Position numbers and translations under genes: made by a program
The notes under the pieces: model-generated
Told to the model about the DNA's origin: nothing
Databases searched by the model: none
The model's input: the letters and a program-made list of their open reading frames with translations, nothing else
Shown: piece by piece, positions 1-12,600 of the stretch
How the letters are laid out: the number at the start of each line of letters is the position of its first letter
Numbering within the stretch: the first letter of the stretch is position 1
Assembly (NCBI RefSeq): GCF_016433145.1
Contig: NC_058133.1
Span: 189,307,201 to 189,371,200, forward strand
Reading direction: 5' to 3'
DNA from: Gracilinanus agilis
Taxonomy: Eukaryota
Length of the DNA: 64,000 nucleotides

Positions 1-153
1 GGGGGGGGAAGGTGGGGGGGAAGGAGGAAAGGGGTGTCACCCGAGTCTGGGGGAAGGGAGATGCCTGCGTCTGAAGGAGAAGTGAGTAGATCTCCGGGAG
101 GATCTAGGAGCTGGCTGGTGGAGGGGTATCTGGATCCCGGGCCCGCTTCTCAC

Positions 154-202
154 TCTGGTTGCCGCACTGGCCCAGCTGCAGGGTGATGATCTCCCGCGGC
201 AT
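154..202 (-). CDS. TUBG1: Gamma-tubulin, coding exon 1 (MPREIITLQLGQCGNQ-I); gene continues off the left edge
   Basis: Minus-strand ATG at 202 gives MPREIITLQLGQCGNQ, the invariant tubulin N-terminus. The 49-nt exon is followed by a GTGAG donor at 153. It lies head-to-head with RETREG3, as TUBG1 does in human. Confidence 0.93.
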
Positions 203-619
203 GGTTCTCCGTTCCCAAGATTCAGTTACCTCCTCCCTCCAGCAGCCGCCGTAACAGCTATCCCGCCCGCCAACCCGCTACTCCCACTGCGCAAGAGCGA
301 TACATCCGCCGAGGCGCCTGATTGGTTGCGAGAGCAGTGCACTCCGAAGGCAAAAGGGAAGTAAACACTTTCCACCGTCTAGGGGTTTCACTGATGCGGA
401 CTGCGCATGTTCGTCGCCGACCTCGACCCTTTCTTTCCTAGTAGCGATGGGGGAGTGGCCTCAACGGGCTTCAACAATTTCCACTTCGAGGATCCATAGC
501 CGGGGTTGGGGCGCAGGCGCGCTAAAGAGGAAGGCGGGATTCGGATCCTGGCGCCTGCGCAGTACCTGTTTGTCACCATCCGGGCTGCGGCCCCGGATGT
601 TGTGGCTCCTTGTGGGGAG
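203..619. promoter_or_regulatory. Bidirectional CpG-island promoter shared by TUBG1 and RETREG3
   Basis: Only 417 bp between divergent ATGs; CpG-rich; ATTGG (CCAAT box) at 321-325; TGCGCATG NRF1-like site near 402. Confidence 0.8.
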
Positions 620-3600
620 ATGGCGGAGACCGAAGAGTTGGCAGCGGCAGCCGGCCCAGGTGCAGAGCCGCGGCCGGTCCCGGCTTTTAGGAGCCGCGGT
701 GCGATGTCGGCCCGCGGCGAACGGGATAGGCAGGTGGAGGTGGTGCAGCAAGCTCTGCTGGATGTTCTGGGGCCCTATGAGCCCCTGCTGAGCCGGGTGC
801 AGGCGGCCCTGGTGTGGGAGCGCCCGGCCAGAAGTGCCCTGTGGTGCCTGGCTCTGAATGCGGCTTTCTGGTGAGAGACCCCGACCTGACTTGTCCCTCT
901 CTTCTCTCTGCCTTCCGCTTCTAGGCCGGCCTCAGGGATCCGACCCCCGACTCCACCCCCCGTATACACACTCTTATTCCCACCTTCCTCAACCCGACCC
1001 TCCCTGTGGTTGTGCCAAGAGACTTTCGTTGGGTCATGGATTCAGAACTGGAGGGATGAGGAGGAGGCCATCAACTCCAGCCCCATCATTTTACAGATGA
1101 GGAAATTGAGACGTAGAGAAATGGAGTGACTTGTTCAAGGTCATACAGTAAGGCACTATGTTGAGTGAGTGGGGTTGGGATTTGAACCCAGGTGTTATTG
1201 ACCCTCTGACCAGTATCCTGTCCACTCCTTCACACCGTCTCGCATGTCTTTGGCTGTTAACTGCTAAGACAGGGGTCCTGAGGCCATAGAGATGCTTCTG
1301 AGGGTGGTGTAGAGAAGAGTATATAAGTGGTCAAATTATCTCAGAGGTCTTCTTAGTCTATCTTTATTTTACAGGTGAGAAAACTGAGGCCCAGAGAGCC
1401 CATGACTTGTCCGAAGTCACACAAATAACTAACAGCAGAGCAAGGATTCTAACACTCCATTTCTACACCAGTGCCTTTTCCCCCAGACCACTTGTTTGTT
1501 GTACCCCCACAGTAGAATGGATGTAAATTCTTTAAGGACGGGGGTCTTTTGTCTTTGTATCTCTAATTTCTAGTACAGTGCTTTGAACAGACATTTGATA
1601 TGTTTCTTATGTTGTTCAATTGCTATTGAAGGAAAATTTGAGAGTTCTGAATTCATATATCGCACTCCTGCCTTTGACGGTGTTCTTCAAGCTGTAGAGT
1701 TAAATGTTAGTTCTTAAGTATGTGTTTTATTGTAAGAGTGAGAGTGTGATTTTACCTGTTTCCAAGCTACTTAACTCCTCCCTTTCCTTGGTAATTATGT
1801 AAATATCTCTAGTTTGGGTTAATAGGAAAGGAAATTGAGGTTTGTGAATTCAGTCAAGCTGAAAAAGTGATCCTATAAATACACTTTGAAAAACTATATC
1901 ACTCAATTTAAAGGCATTTTACAGTGGGCATTAGATGAAGCAGCTCTTGCTGTAATAAACTGTCAACAAAAGTAGACTTGAATCCTTCTGATTATCTCAT
2001 TTTGCAGCTTGGGTTTCTGCTGATAACTGAGAAACAGTCTTGGCCTTTTTCAAATAGAGGAAAAGATTAAGTAAAAGAGGTTGGAATAGAACCAAGATAA
2101 AATTTATTTGGTTTTCACTTTTTTTAAGGTTTAACTTCTGCAAACTCCTGATATTAAAAAAAAACTCACATTGCTCTTTGCTCTACACATCCAGTTTTCA
2201 AAATGTGATTAGTGAACTTAGAATAAATAATTCAATGTTCAATATTGGAAAAGCATTGTTGCTGTCATTGAATTTTATACTACCCCTTTTAGTAGGGAAC
2301 CAAATTATATCTTTATTAAAGCTATATAATTTGATTTTAGTTTGGTAGAATTGTTGTAAATCAGGTATTGGCAATATTTGGGAGAATTGTAGGCAAAATT
2401 GGAAAGTACCAGAAGGCAGCTTCTTAGCATCTTCTGAGGTGTCCTGTTCCTGGGATAGTAAGTGATCAAATGTCCTTATGTTGCCTTTTGGCTATTCAGT
2501 ATTCCTTGTTGAAACATCCCACCTAGACCTGTCCTCTTCCAAAGAGCCTTTTGCTCCAAAATGGTATAGTCTCTTCTCTTTTTCCTAACTCTTTCAGATG
2601 AAATTCTCATTCTTTCAGTAGGACAGTCTTATAGGAAAGAAATGTTTTTCTTATTAAAGTAAATTGATAAATTTTTTTGAGCAGGGTGACCCTCCCCATG
2701 TCACTTACTTCTTCTCTTGTTAACAGTATCATAGCAGCTCAAAAGTGGCTTAGAAAATCCAACTTCTGCCTCTCTCTCACGTAGACCTGGCAATGGGATG
2801 AGATGTAGAGCTCCTGTAATGGAGGATATATGCTTATTTTAAAATTAACTTTGACTTACTGCATTTAGTAAGGTTTATCTCAAGTAACAAAATATATTTT
2901 GTACAAGATTTCATTCAGAGCTTCCTTTGGAGACCATGGACTTTTATAATATTTTTGTGTTGGAATTTTGTAACTCTGGCATTTGTTACATTCCCACATA
3001 CAATAAATAGGTGGAGAAGAGTGATGAGTGTGATTCTGGTCCTGAAAGAAGATCAACTGATGTGTCCTGGGATCAGGAAGCTAATAGAAAAGATTAAGGT
3101 GAATAAAATGCAAAAATGAACTTCTCCATTGATAACACCCTGAAGACTAGATTAGTCTGTCATTAGATTTTGATAATATTACTTGCCCTGGGAAGTATTC
3201 TTTCCTTTATGTATTTTGAATGTTCAATATGAAGGCCAAGACCCACAACTCAAGGAGTAGTAGTAGTCAGTGAATATGAGTCATTGTTTCATTAAGATAC
3301 AAAGGATACTGTTTATTTCTTGAATTTAGAAGTTAAAAAATGAGAGGTGGACACAGGTCATATATCTGGATGAAGTCCCAGAAAAACAAAGGATCCTTCA
3401 TATATTAGCACTCTCTGTTCACAAAGAATTAGAAACAATGTGCTGTCCAATAATTGGGGGACTAGCCAAAAAACCTGCCACATGAATATATTGGATTATT
3501 ATTGTGTAGTAAGAAGTGACTAATATGAGGAATTCAAACAATTGTAGAAAAATTTATATAAACAGTGAGTGAAAGGAATAGAATCAAGGTTACAATATAC

Positions 3601-6600
3601 ATGGCAAATGAAAAGATCACTAAAAAGAAAGGCCAGCTCTGAATCACTAAAATACCAGTGATGGTCTTGGAGAACTGATAAAGAGAAACATACATATGGC
3701 AGAATATTGCATATTTTTTATGTGAAGCTGCTTTATTGGCTTTTTCATTTAGTTACATAGGAGGGTGCCATGGTGGTGATGAGGTAGGTTTCTCCTAGGA
3801 ATGACTGGTATAAAAACAAAAGACATTAATAAAATGTTTATGCGTGTTTTTAAAGACGAATGGGAGGTAAGGAATAAACCTAAAATAAAGTCAATTCAAG
3901 CCAGAGAGAAATGAATCTAGATTTCTTCTTCCTTTTGAGGTATCCTGAAATAATACATAATTGACTAACCAGTAAGAGTGTTATTAAGCAAAGAATACAA
4001 TTCGTTCTCATTGCAGAAGTCATTCTTGGAATTTGGATGGGGGATTTTTTCTAGTCATGAGGCTGTTCTTTTTTGGATCATCTGCTTGTACCTGAGAATG
4101 AAATCATTTCTCTATTTTATTTCTTTCTCTTAGTCTGGACCTGCGATTCCATTGGTATAGAGAACTACCTGTACCAATAACTTGAGAGAAATTTCTGTTA
4201 GGGTAAATGGACCGTTGTTCAGTAATTTAGTTTTAGACAATTACTTCGAGCACTGAAGTTAACTAATAAATTGCTGATAATACTTAGTGAAACATTCCTT
4301 GCCTTTCTGGTAGTTTTAAGAGTTTGGTTTTTGGCCATAGGGCTTTCTAGGTCTCCTATCTTGTAGTAGTCATGACTAGGAACCTTCTAGCAGTACATGC
4401 CTTTGTAATTCTTCAGCTGCACATCTGTAATTATCTTGAAGACTCACCATTGAGGATTGCAAGACACTCCCTTTTGTGTTATACTTAAACCAACCTAAGC
4501 CCCAATTAGTGGTGAGAGCAAATAGGACAAGATAAGTCAGCTGTGAGTTTCCTGGGTGGACCAGATTTGGTTCACATACTCGAATCATATTGTAGGTTAA
4601 TAAGTATAGTGCTAAAATACGGAGCCCTGAAAAAGTGAGTGAGCTCCAGATTTGCCAGAGTGGACTTCTAGTCCCTGCCCTAGAAAGACTCCAAGCTGGA
4701 GCTCTGTAGTTATTCAGGAAGTCTCTGAATTAGGGCTTTTGAATCAAAGCAGGCCAAGAAATATTTTCATTTGGGATCAGAATGATTTCTTTGAATATTT
4801 TTATCCATCTGGGTTGACATATCATACTTCAGGGAGTTACTGTGTCATCTAATGCTCTTGAAGCACGAAAAAACCTCCAGGAGATCATGTAGACTGCATG
4901 AACAAAGACATGACTGAAAACAAAGTAAAATTTATTAATCACTTTATTTATTTAGGATGTTTTTACATGGTTACATGATTCATGTTCTTTCCTTCCCCCC
5001 TTCCAGAGCTGACAAGCAATTCCACTGGGTTATATGTGTATCATTGTTCACAACCTATTTCCATATTATTAATATTGAACAGAGCAAAATTTAAAAACAA
5101 AAACTCCAACTACTATGGATCTTGCTTCAAAAATTAAGAATGTTCTTTTGACACAAAGCATTTTTTTCTACAACCTTTAAAATGAGAGGGAACAACTAAC
5201 TCCCATTAGGACTAGAAATGGAGAAGAGAGCATAGCATTTTACCTGCATTTTCATTTTATTCAGAATTTTATTCTGGAAATGATTTTGGAAGATTTCTTG
5301 TTCTTGCCATTAGTATCCAGGGAACACCAGGGAACTTTCAGTGGCATGATTTTTTGGTTCTTCTGAATTGCCTGGAATTTTGTTAATTTTCTATTAAATG
5401 TACTACTAACATACATTTGTTAGAAACTTAGGATGGGTGTGAATTTCCAGAAAGGTGATTTCATTTGTGATTTTACTCTAGAAATATCAAGTTGTGGACC
5501 TGAGACCCATTTTTTCCTTCTACAAACTATATAAACAGGTTCAGTAGCCACATGCATGGCCAATTCTTGTCTTTTGGATTAGCTATGATTTGATTTCTAA
5601 AACATTGTTGAAATTACTTTTCCTTGTGATAACTAGAAATATAAATGCAAAAACTGAAGGTTATCCAATGTGTTTTTTGTTGGAAGAAAGCACATTGGTG
5701 ATTATATCATTTCCTGTTTGGCAAAAATTCCCAACTAAAATCCCATCTTCTGCAAGAAACCAGGCCTGGTCCCATATTGGTGCTGTTTACCTTCTATCTC
5801 CCAGTCATTTTGTTTGTTGTTAGAACATGAGTTTCTTGAGCAGAGACTATAACGCACAATGCCTGTCATATAGTAGGCAATTAAAAAATGCTTCTTGACT
5901 AACCCTTCTTATACTAATAAAGGTAAATTAAAACATTTGGGTTTTTTTGAATGAACCATGGTTGTTCTGGCCAATAGATTAATATACATAGGTGTGTTTT
6001 ACTGAGATCAGGAATTCTTAACATGATGTTTGTGAACTTAAAAAAAAAATCTTGGTAACTGTATTTCAATATAATTGATTTCCTTTGTAATTCAATGTAT
6101 TTTATATTATGCAGTTAAAAACGTTTTGAGAAGCGCTCTGTAGGCTTCAGCAGATTGCCAAAGGAGTGTGCCATACAAAGAATCCCTGAATGATATTGTA
6201 ATTTGATTATATTTTTTAAAAGATGATAATGAGAATGTGTTGAGTTGTAGGAGCTAACCTCTGATAAAACATTTGCCTTCAGATGATCCACAAAGTGGAT
6301 AATCCACATGTGACATGTTGCTCTTAAGCATGTGAATAATTAAGATTTGACTGTATTTGCAAGAGGTTTTAATTTTTCACGTTTATTTTACCTAATGATA
6401 ATACATGTATAACACAATGGAATTTTTGTCAGCTCTGGGAGTGGGGAGGGAGAGAACATGAATCATGTAACTATGGGAAAATACTTTTAAAAAACAATTT
6501 TAATTTAATTTATTTTACCAATTGCATATAATAAATTTCCACATAAGTTTTCTGAAGTTATATGACCCACATTGTCTTCCTTCCCTTCCCCTTCCTGGAG

Positions 6601-9600
6601 CTGGCAAGCAATTTGATCTGTGTTATACATGTATTATCATGCAAAACATTTCCATGTTTTCTTTTTGTAAGTGAATAATCATATAAAACCAAATGAGTTT
6701 TGTTTTTTTTTAATTAAATTGTAGTGTTTTCATGCTAATTGCAGTTTCAAAGAAATGTTTATTTTATTTCTCCAACCTCCTTCCACTCCAGCTTATGACT
6801 GTTACTTCTCTTTAATTTCCTGGGTTTCTTTGTTGACTGAAAGAGACTCAAGGCATTTGGGTGACTAATCTGATACACTGAGCAGTTAGAATCTTCACAT
6901 TTTTCATCAAACCCCTTTGTTACTCAAAAACCTGTCTTTCATTGTAGTTCATTTCTTGTATCCATGGACAAAAGTTCCTTGGCAGGCAAATTTCCAGATT
7001 AACCGAATGAAGTAGCAAACATTCTGTGTTCTGAGTTAATCTAAAATATGCCATCCCAAGAGCCAAGTTCCTTTTTTGATTGAGGAATTTACTTCAACGG
7101 AAGAAGCAGGAAGGCAGGGGAAGAATCAAAAAAGCAGGGGAAACACATGTTTTATGCAGTTTGAACATGATAGAATTCACCTGCCAAAATTTGTCATCAA
7201 ATCCATGATGGAGAATGCCTAACTAGTAACTAGAACTTGTCTATAGGTGGATGAGTACTGCCTTTTTAGGTACTGTGAGATAGTCTTTATATTTGTGACT
7301 TTTATCCATCTGAAATGTTGGTAATGTACTTGAGAATATGCTCTCCCTATGTTCCTCTGGATGGTGCCTGTTTGATAAGAAAAGGTAGAAGACTGTTTCA
7401 TACATAGGCCAAGGGTAATCTTGCCCCCTAGAAAAGTTTATCATCCTGTCTGCTAAATAGAGCTTTTGAAAATCATGGGTAAGGTCTACATCAATTCCCA
7501 TCACGGACTAGATGTTTTTTGTTTGTTTGTTTGTTTGTTTAAACCCTTAACTTCTGTGTATTGGCTCCTAGGTGGAAGAGTGGTAAGGGTGGGCAATGGG
7601 TGACTTGCCCAGGGTCACACAGCTGGGAATGTCTGAGGTCAGATTTGAACCTAGGACCTCCCGTCTCTAGGCCTGACTCTCAACCCACTGAGCTACCCAG
7701 TTGCCCCCTGGACTAGATGTTTTAAAATGGCTTAGATCTCTTAAACACAGAGCATTCTCTTTACCAAAATCTTTGGAAAACAAACCCATCTCGAGGGAGA
7801 TTAAAGGACACCCTTTGTCTCCTTAGAGGCCAAGTAAACAACATATGCAATTATGAATTGCTGAGGGGAAATTCTAGACCGTCTGGATTCCCTCCTGGGG
7901 TGCTTCTTTTTCCAATTGTTCCCAAGGGATGAGGATTGAGGCTGTACATCTACTTCTAGGACAGGGAAGTGTTAGCACCAAAGGAGCAGAAGAACTTTGG
8001 AGCTCTTATTGTTGGCCCCTGGTAAATTTGTTTATTTATGGAGGTGATAAACTCAGCTTTAGAGAGATTAACTGCCCTTGCCTGTTTCTGAGGCTTATGT
8101 TTTTTAATCTCCAGTCCTCATTTTAATCTCTTGTATAATTGCTCTTTTAGGCGATAGGGAAAAAAGGTGGGACGGGATTCTCATTAGTAAACTAAAATTT
8201 TAAGCCTTTATTATTTTAATTCTTTCTTCCCTTCATTTACTCATCTTCAATTATTCACCTAGGTTTTGGAGTTTTTTCATAGGTGTTATAATGGGAAATC
8301 ATTTGTAGAGTGAACCCATTTACAACTCATTGGATGCTTCTGTCCCTTTAGTTTTCTTTTTTAAGGTCAAACTAGTCACTTAGACTTCCAGACCTGAGTA
8401 GTGTAAGCAATTAGTAATAGTGATTAAACTTACTCATGATTTTAGATTTTTAAAAATGTGCAATCTATTGAATACATATAATGTGTTTAAAATCTTAAAC
8501 TATTTATTACAACTCTCATTATGGACAATTGAATAAAATCAGTTTTTACTAATTTTTGTTAAATTTAACCTAAGTAAATTAAATACATTTTAAAGCAAAT
8601 TTTGCTGATTAAGTTTACTGATTTTCAATTTGAAGAGAAAAGAAGTCCAAAGTGTTAATAATAAAGGCCAATGGTGAAAGATCCTGAACCTAGTTCCCAG
8701 CACTAAAACTTAAGAGATCCAAGAATTGCCAATAGAACAGTAGCTACCTCCAATGTGGAGGCAACAGGCCCAGTTCCAAGAATGACTTCAGTCAAAGGCT
8801 CTGGGTTCAAATTCTGTCATTGACATTACCTCTGTGACCTTGGGCAAGTCACTTTACCTCCTGAGCTTTAGTTTCTTCATTTGTAAAAGGAGGAAGTTGG
8901 AGCAAATAGTTTCTTGACATTCCTACTAGTTCTAAATTGATGATCCTGTGATGTCTAATGATCCTGAGACACAATGAATGCTTTTACCAACATTTTAAAA
9001 GTGCAGTGATCCCTCACCTATTGAGGGAGTTACATTCTAGAGACCACTGCGATAGGTGAAAATCCGTAAAGTAGCGGCTTATAGTGTTTTTATTTTTTTA
9101 TATATATAGGCTTTTATAAACCCTTCCCACTCCTATAAACCTTCTCCACCCTCTTATTAACCTACAGTCACTGAGCCAATCAGCACCCAGGATACAGAAT
9201 GCAGAACTGTGGTTGGTTGCCTTTCATTCCATCAGCCAATAGTGTGCCACAATAAGTGTAACTCCGTCATATAGAATTAGATTTTTTTTTTAAGCCCCTA
9301 CCATACAGTGAAGCCTTGATAAGTGAACCTTGATATAGTGAGGGATGCCTGAAGTTCCATTCTGCTGGACAAACTGCAGAAATGTTTACAAATGAAACAA
9401 AGTATTTGAAACAATTTTAAAACAAAATGAATATGAGTATTTTCACAAAAACTGTGATAAACTGATAAGCAAGACAGTTCCTTCCTATCAAAGGGGATGG
9501 GTGGGGTGGTTAGAGTATGGTTTCTGTTACATAGGATGCCCTTGTTAAATAGTTTGTTGATTGACCAAATGCAGAAGTGAGGTGAGGCATCTTAAAAGAA

Positions 9601-12600
9601 TAGTTTATTGCATTGAATATGGTTCCCAATTACAAAACATGTACAGCAAGTGATTACATGTTTCTCATTTTAAAAATTATTTGTAATATTCTATTCAGAA
9701 TAAAGTCAGTTTGAAAGAACAAATTTACAAAAATAAGTTTTGTTATTGGTAGTATTAACAAACAATAAACAAAAATATTTTAAAAGACTTTACTGCAAAG
9801 GTTCTGTCAGGTTTTGTTTGCAGTACAGAGTGAGAGCTAAACTAGATAATGTTTAAGTTCCTTCTAATTCTTAACCATTCACTCAGGACCCTGAAGTTTG
9901 TCCAGAATTTCTAAGGAGAGAGTAATCTTTTAGATTGATAGGAGTATATTTCAATGTTCTATCTTATCCTGAAGCTACTTGTTGTTGAGACAGAATTTCT
10001 CTTTAGAGTTGAAAGATACCTCTAGATATTATCCGGTCTAGTCTCCTGCCTTTGGTGAGAAAAGTATCATTGTCTCTGAACTTATGAGGCTTAGAGAATG
10101 TAGGTTAGTGCCATAGCAAAGGAACTAGAACCCAGGTTACTCTTTCTACTATATCATTTAGCCTTTCATGTGTATGGTATTTTTCTTAGTTTTGAAATTA
10201 GTTACATACTGATCTTTCTTTTGCTCTTCTTTTCCTTATAGGTTCTTTGCACTGACATCCCTTCGTCTGGTGTTTTTACTTGCATTCAGTTTGATGATAA
10301 TTGTATGTATAGATCAGTGGAAGAACAAAATCTGGCCTGAAATGAAAGGTGAGTTTGGTAGCATTTTTTACCTCTTGATTTTTGCTCTTTGGTAGGAAAA
10401 ATGTCTTTTTAATTTATGAATCCGTTGCTTTAGGGTAAGCATGTAGAATCTGTGTTCCATTTAAAAGTCAATAAATAAATGGCCCCTCCTTATCTTGAAG
10501 CTATAGAAAACTGTTCATTATGGGATCAGTCTTTTGCCTTCATTATTGACCTGAGAGATCATTTTGAGAGTCGTATAGTTTTATTTATTTGATGCATCAT
10601 CATTACTTAATAAAGGTGTATCATGCAATATTAATTTAACTCTTACGTGATACTACTGAGAATACCAAGAAGTATACAACTTGGTCTTTGTCAATAAATA
10701 GTTTACAATTTAGTTGTAGAGGTTAAACCCAAAAAACATTGAAATTTAAATGATTACAAAAAAGTATTGGGATGAAAATGACAATGGGCTAGATTGATCA
10801 GAGGAGGCTTCATGCAGGAAGTAGGACATGAATTGAACCTTGAAGGATCTGAATAGTTAGAAAGGGGAATAGGCATTATAGGGGGAAACAACTTGAATAA
10901 AGAAAAACACAGTACCTCTGCTTCCTCACTCCATCCTCACCTCCTTCAGTCCTTAACACTTTATAATCTGGATTCTATCTCCACCTGACTACTGAACCTT
11001 CTTTTTCAAATGGATACATGGACCACCTTAATATGAACTTCACAGGCCTTTTATTCCCCCTTTCTAGCTTTTGACACTGACCACCCCTTTTTCTGGAGAT
11101 TCTCTCCTTCTTTAGCTACCAAGATACCACACTTTTCTTGTTTTCCTACCTTTCCAACCATTTATTTTCTGTCCCTAGTGGCATATTTTCATTTTCACAA
11201 TGCCTTAATCTTGGTCTGTCCTGAGGTTGATGTCTTCAACTTCCCTTTGTATTTTCTCCCTTGTTGATCTCATTTATTCTCACAGTTTTAGTAATCATGT
11301 CTACATAGTTAACTTTCCAATATGTTATTTTCAAACTTGACCTTTCTTGAGAGCTTCAAACTTGCATATCAAATGTCCCTCATCCACATGGATGTTCCAG
11401 GGGCACCTCAAACTTAACATGACTAGAACTATTATCATTTCCCCCAAATTTTTTCCTTCTCTTGGTTTATTTGTTAGTGTTTCCTTCATTTAGTCTTCCA
11501 TGCTTAAAACATTAGTATTATCTTTAGTTTTGGTCTCCCTCACATTACCAAGTAATCATTTGTTAAATTCTCTCATTTCTACCTCTTGAACACATCACAT
11601 ATCAGTGATCCATTTCTCTCTGTTCTCACTACCACCAAACAACTTCAAACCTTCATTACCACTTATTGTAATTGCTTGCCTCCTAAACCTAATAGACTTT
11701 CATACCTTTGCTCCCATCTTTCTGCAATCCATTGTTCACACTGCTATTCAGTTTATCTTCCTAATCTAAAAATTCAGTCACGTTACTTTTATATTCAAAA
11801 CCTTTCATTGGTTCCTTATGACCTAAAACTCAAATTAAACCTAGCATTCAAGACCCTATGCAGTCTGCTTCTCCCCTGTCTTTTAAGTCTTAGCTCACTC
11901 CCTTCCACGTATGTCATGTTCCCTCAAAACTCAATTATTTGCCATACCATAGAATCTCAGAAGAAGGACCTTTCAGGTCTCTAGTTCAAATTTTTTTTTT
12001 AAACCCTTACCTTCTGTCTTGGAGTCAATACTGTGTATTGACTCCAAGGCAGAAGAGTGGTAAGGGTAGGCAATGGGGGTCAAGTGACTTGCCCAAGGTC
12101 ACACAGCTGGGAAGTGAGACCAGATTTGAACCTAGGACCTCCCGTCTCTAGGCCTGGCTCTCAATCCACTGAGCTACCAGCTGCCCCTCTAGTTCAAATT
12201 TTAATTAAATATGAATCTTGTCTTTAATGTTCCTAAGGAACAATATGATTGTGTAGCCTACCTCCAGTGATAGAGGCCTAATTGTTTTCCAAGACACTGC
12301 TTTTTTGATATCTTGATTAATAGGAAGTTTTTCCTTCTATCAGGCTTATTTATACCTCTCTTCAGCTTCTCTCCATTCTTAATTTGTTTCTCCTCCCTTC
12401 AATCCGAAGCCAAATAGGACAAATTTCCAGTTACTTCACCATCCTGGTCATCTTCCTTTGGATGTGCTGCAGTTTATTAATGTCCTCAAATCATAGGCTT
12501 CAGTAATATCTCCTCAATATAGTATTTATGCAGTTTCTTCTTTGACCTTACCTGAGACTTTACATTTCTCTCTATGATATTTTCAAATCATTAGTGTCAG

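Noticed and set aside
506-619. 38-aa N-terminal extension of RETREG3 in the ORF track
   Set aside because: It starts at TTG, not ATG, has an in-frame TAG at 497-499, and homology to the known protein begins at ATG 620.
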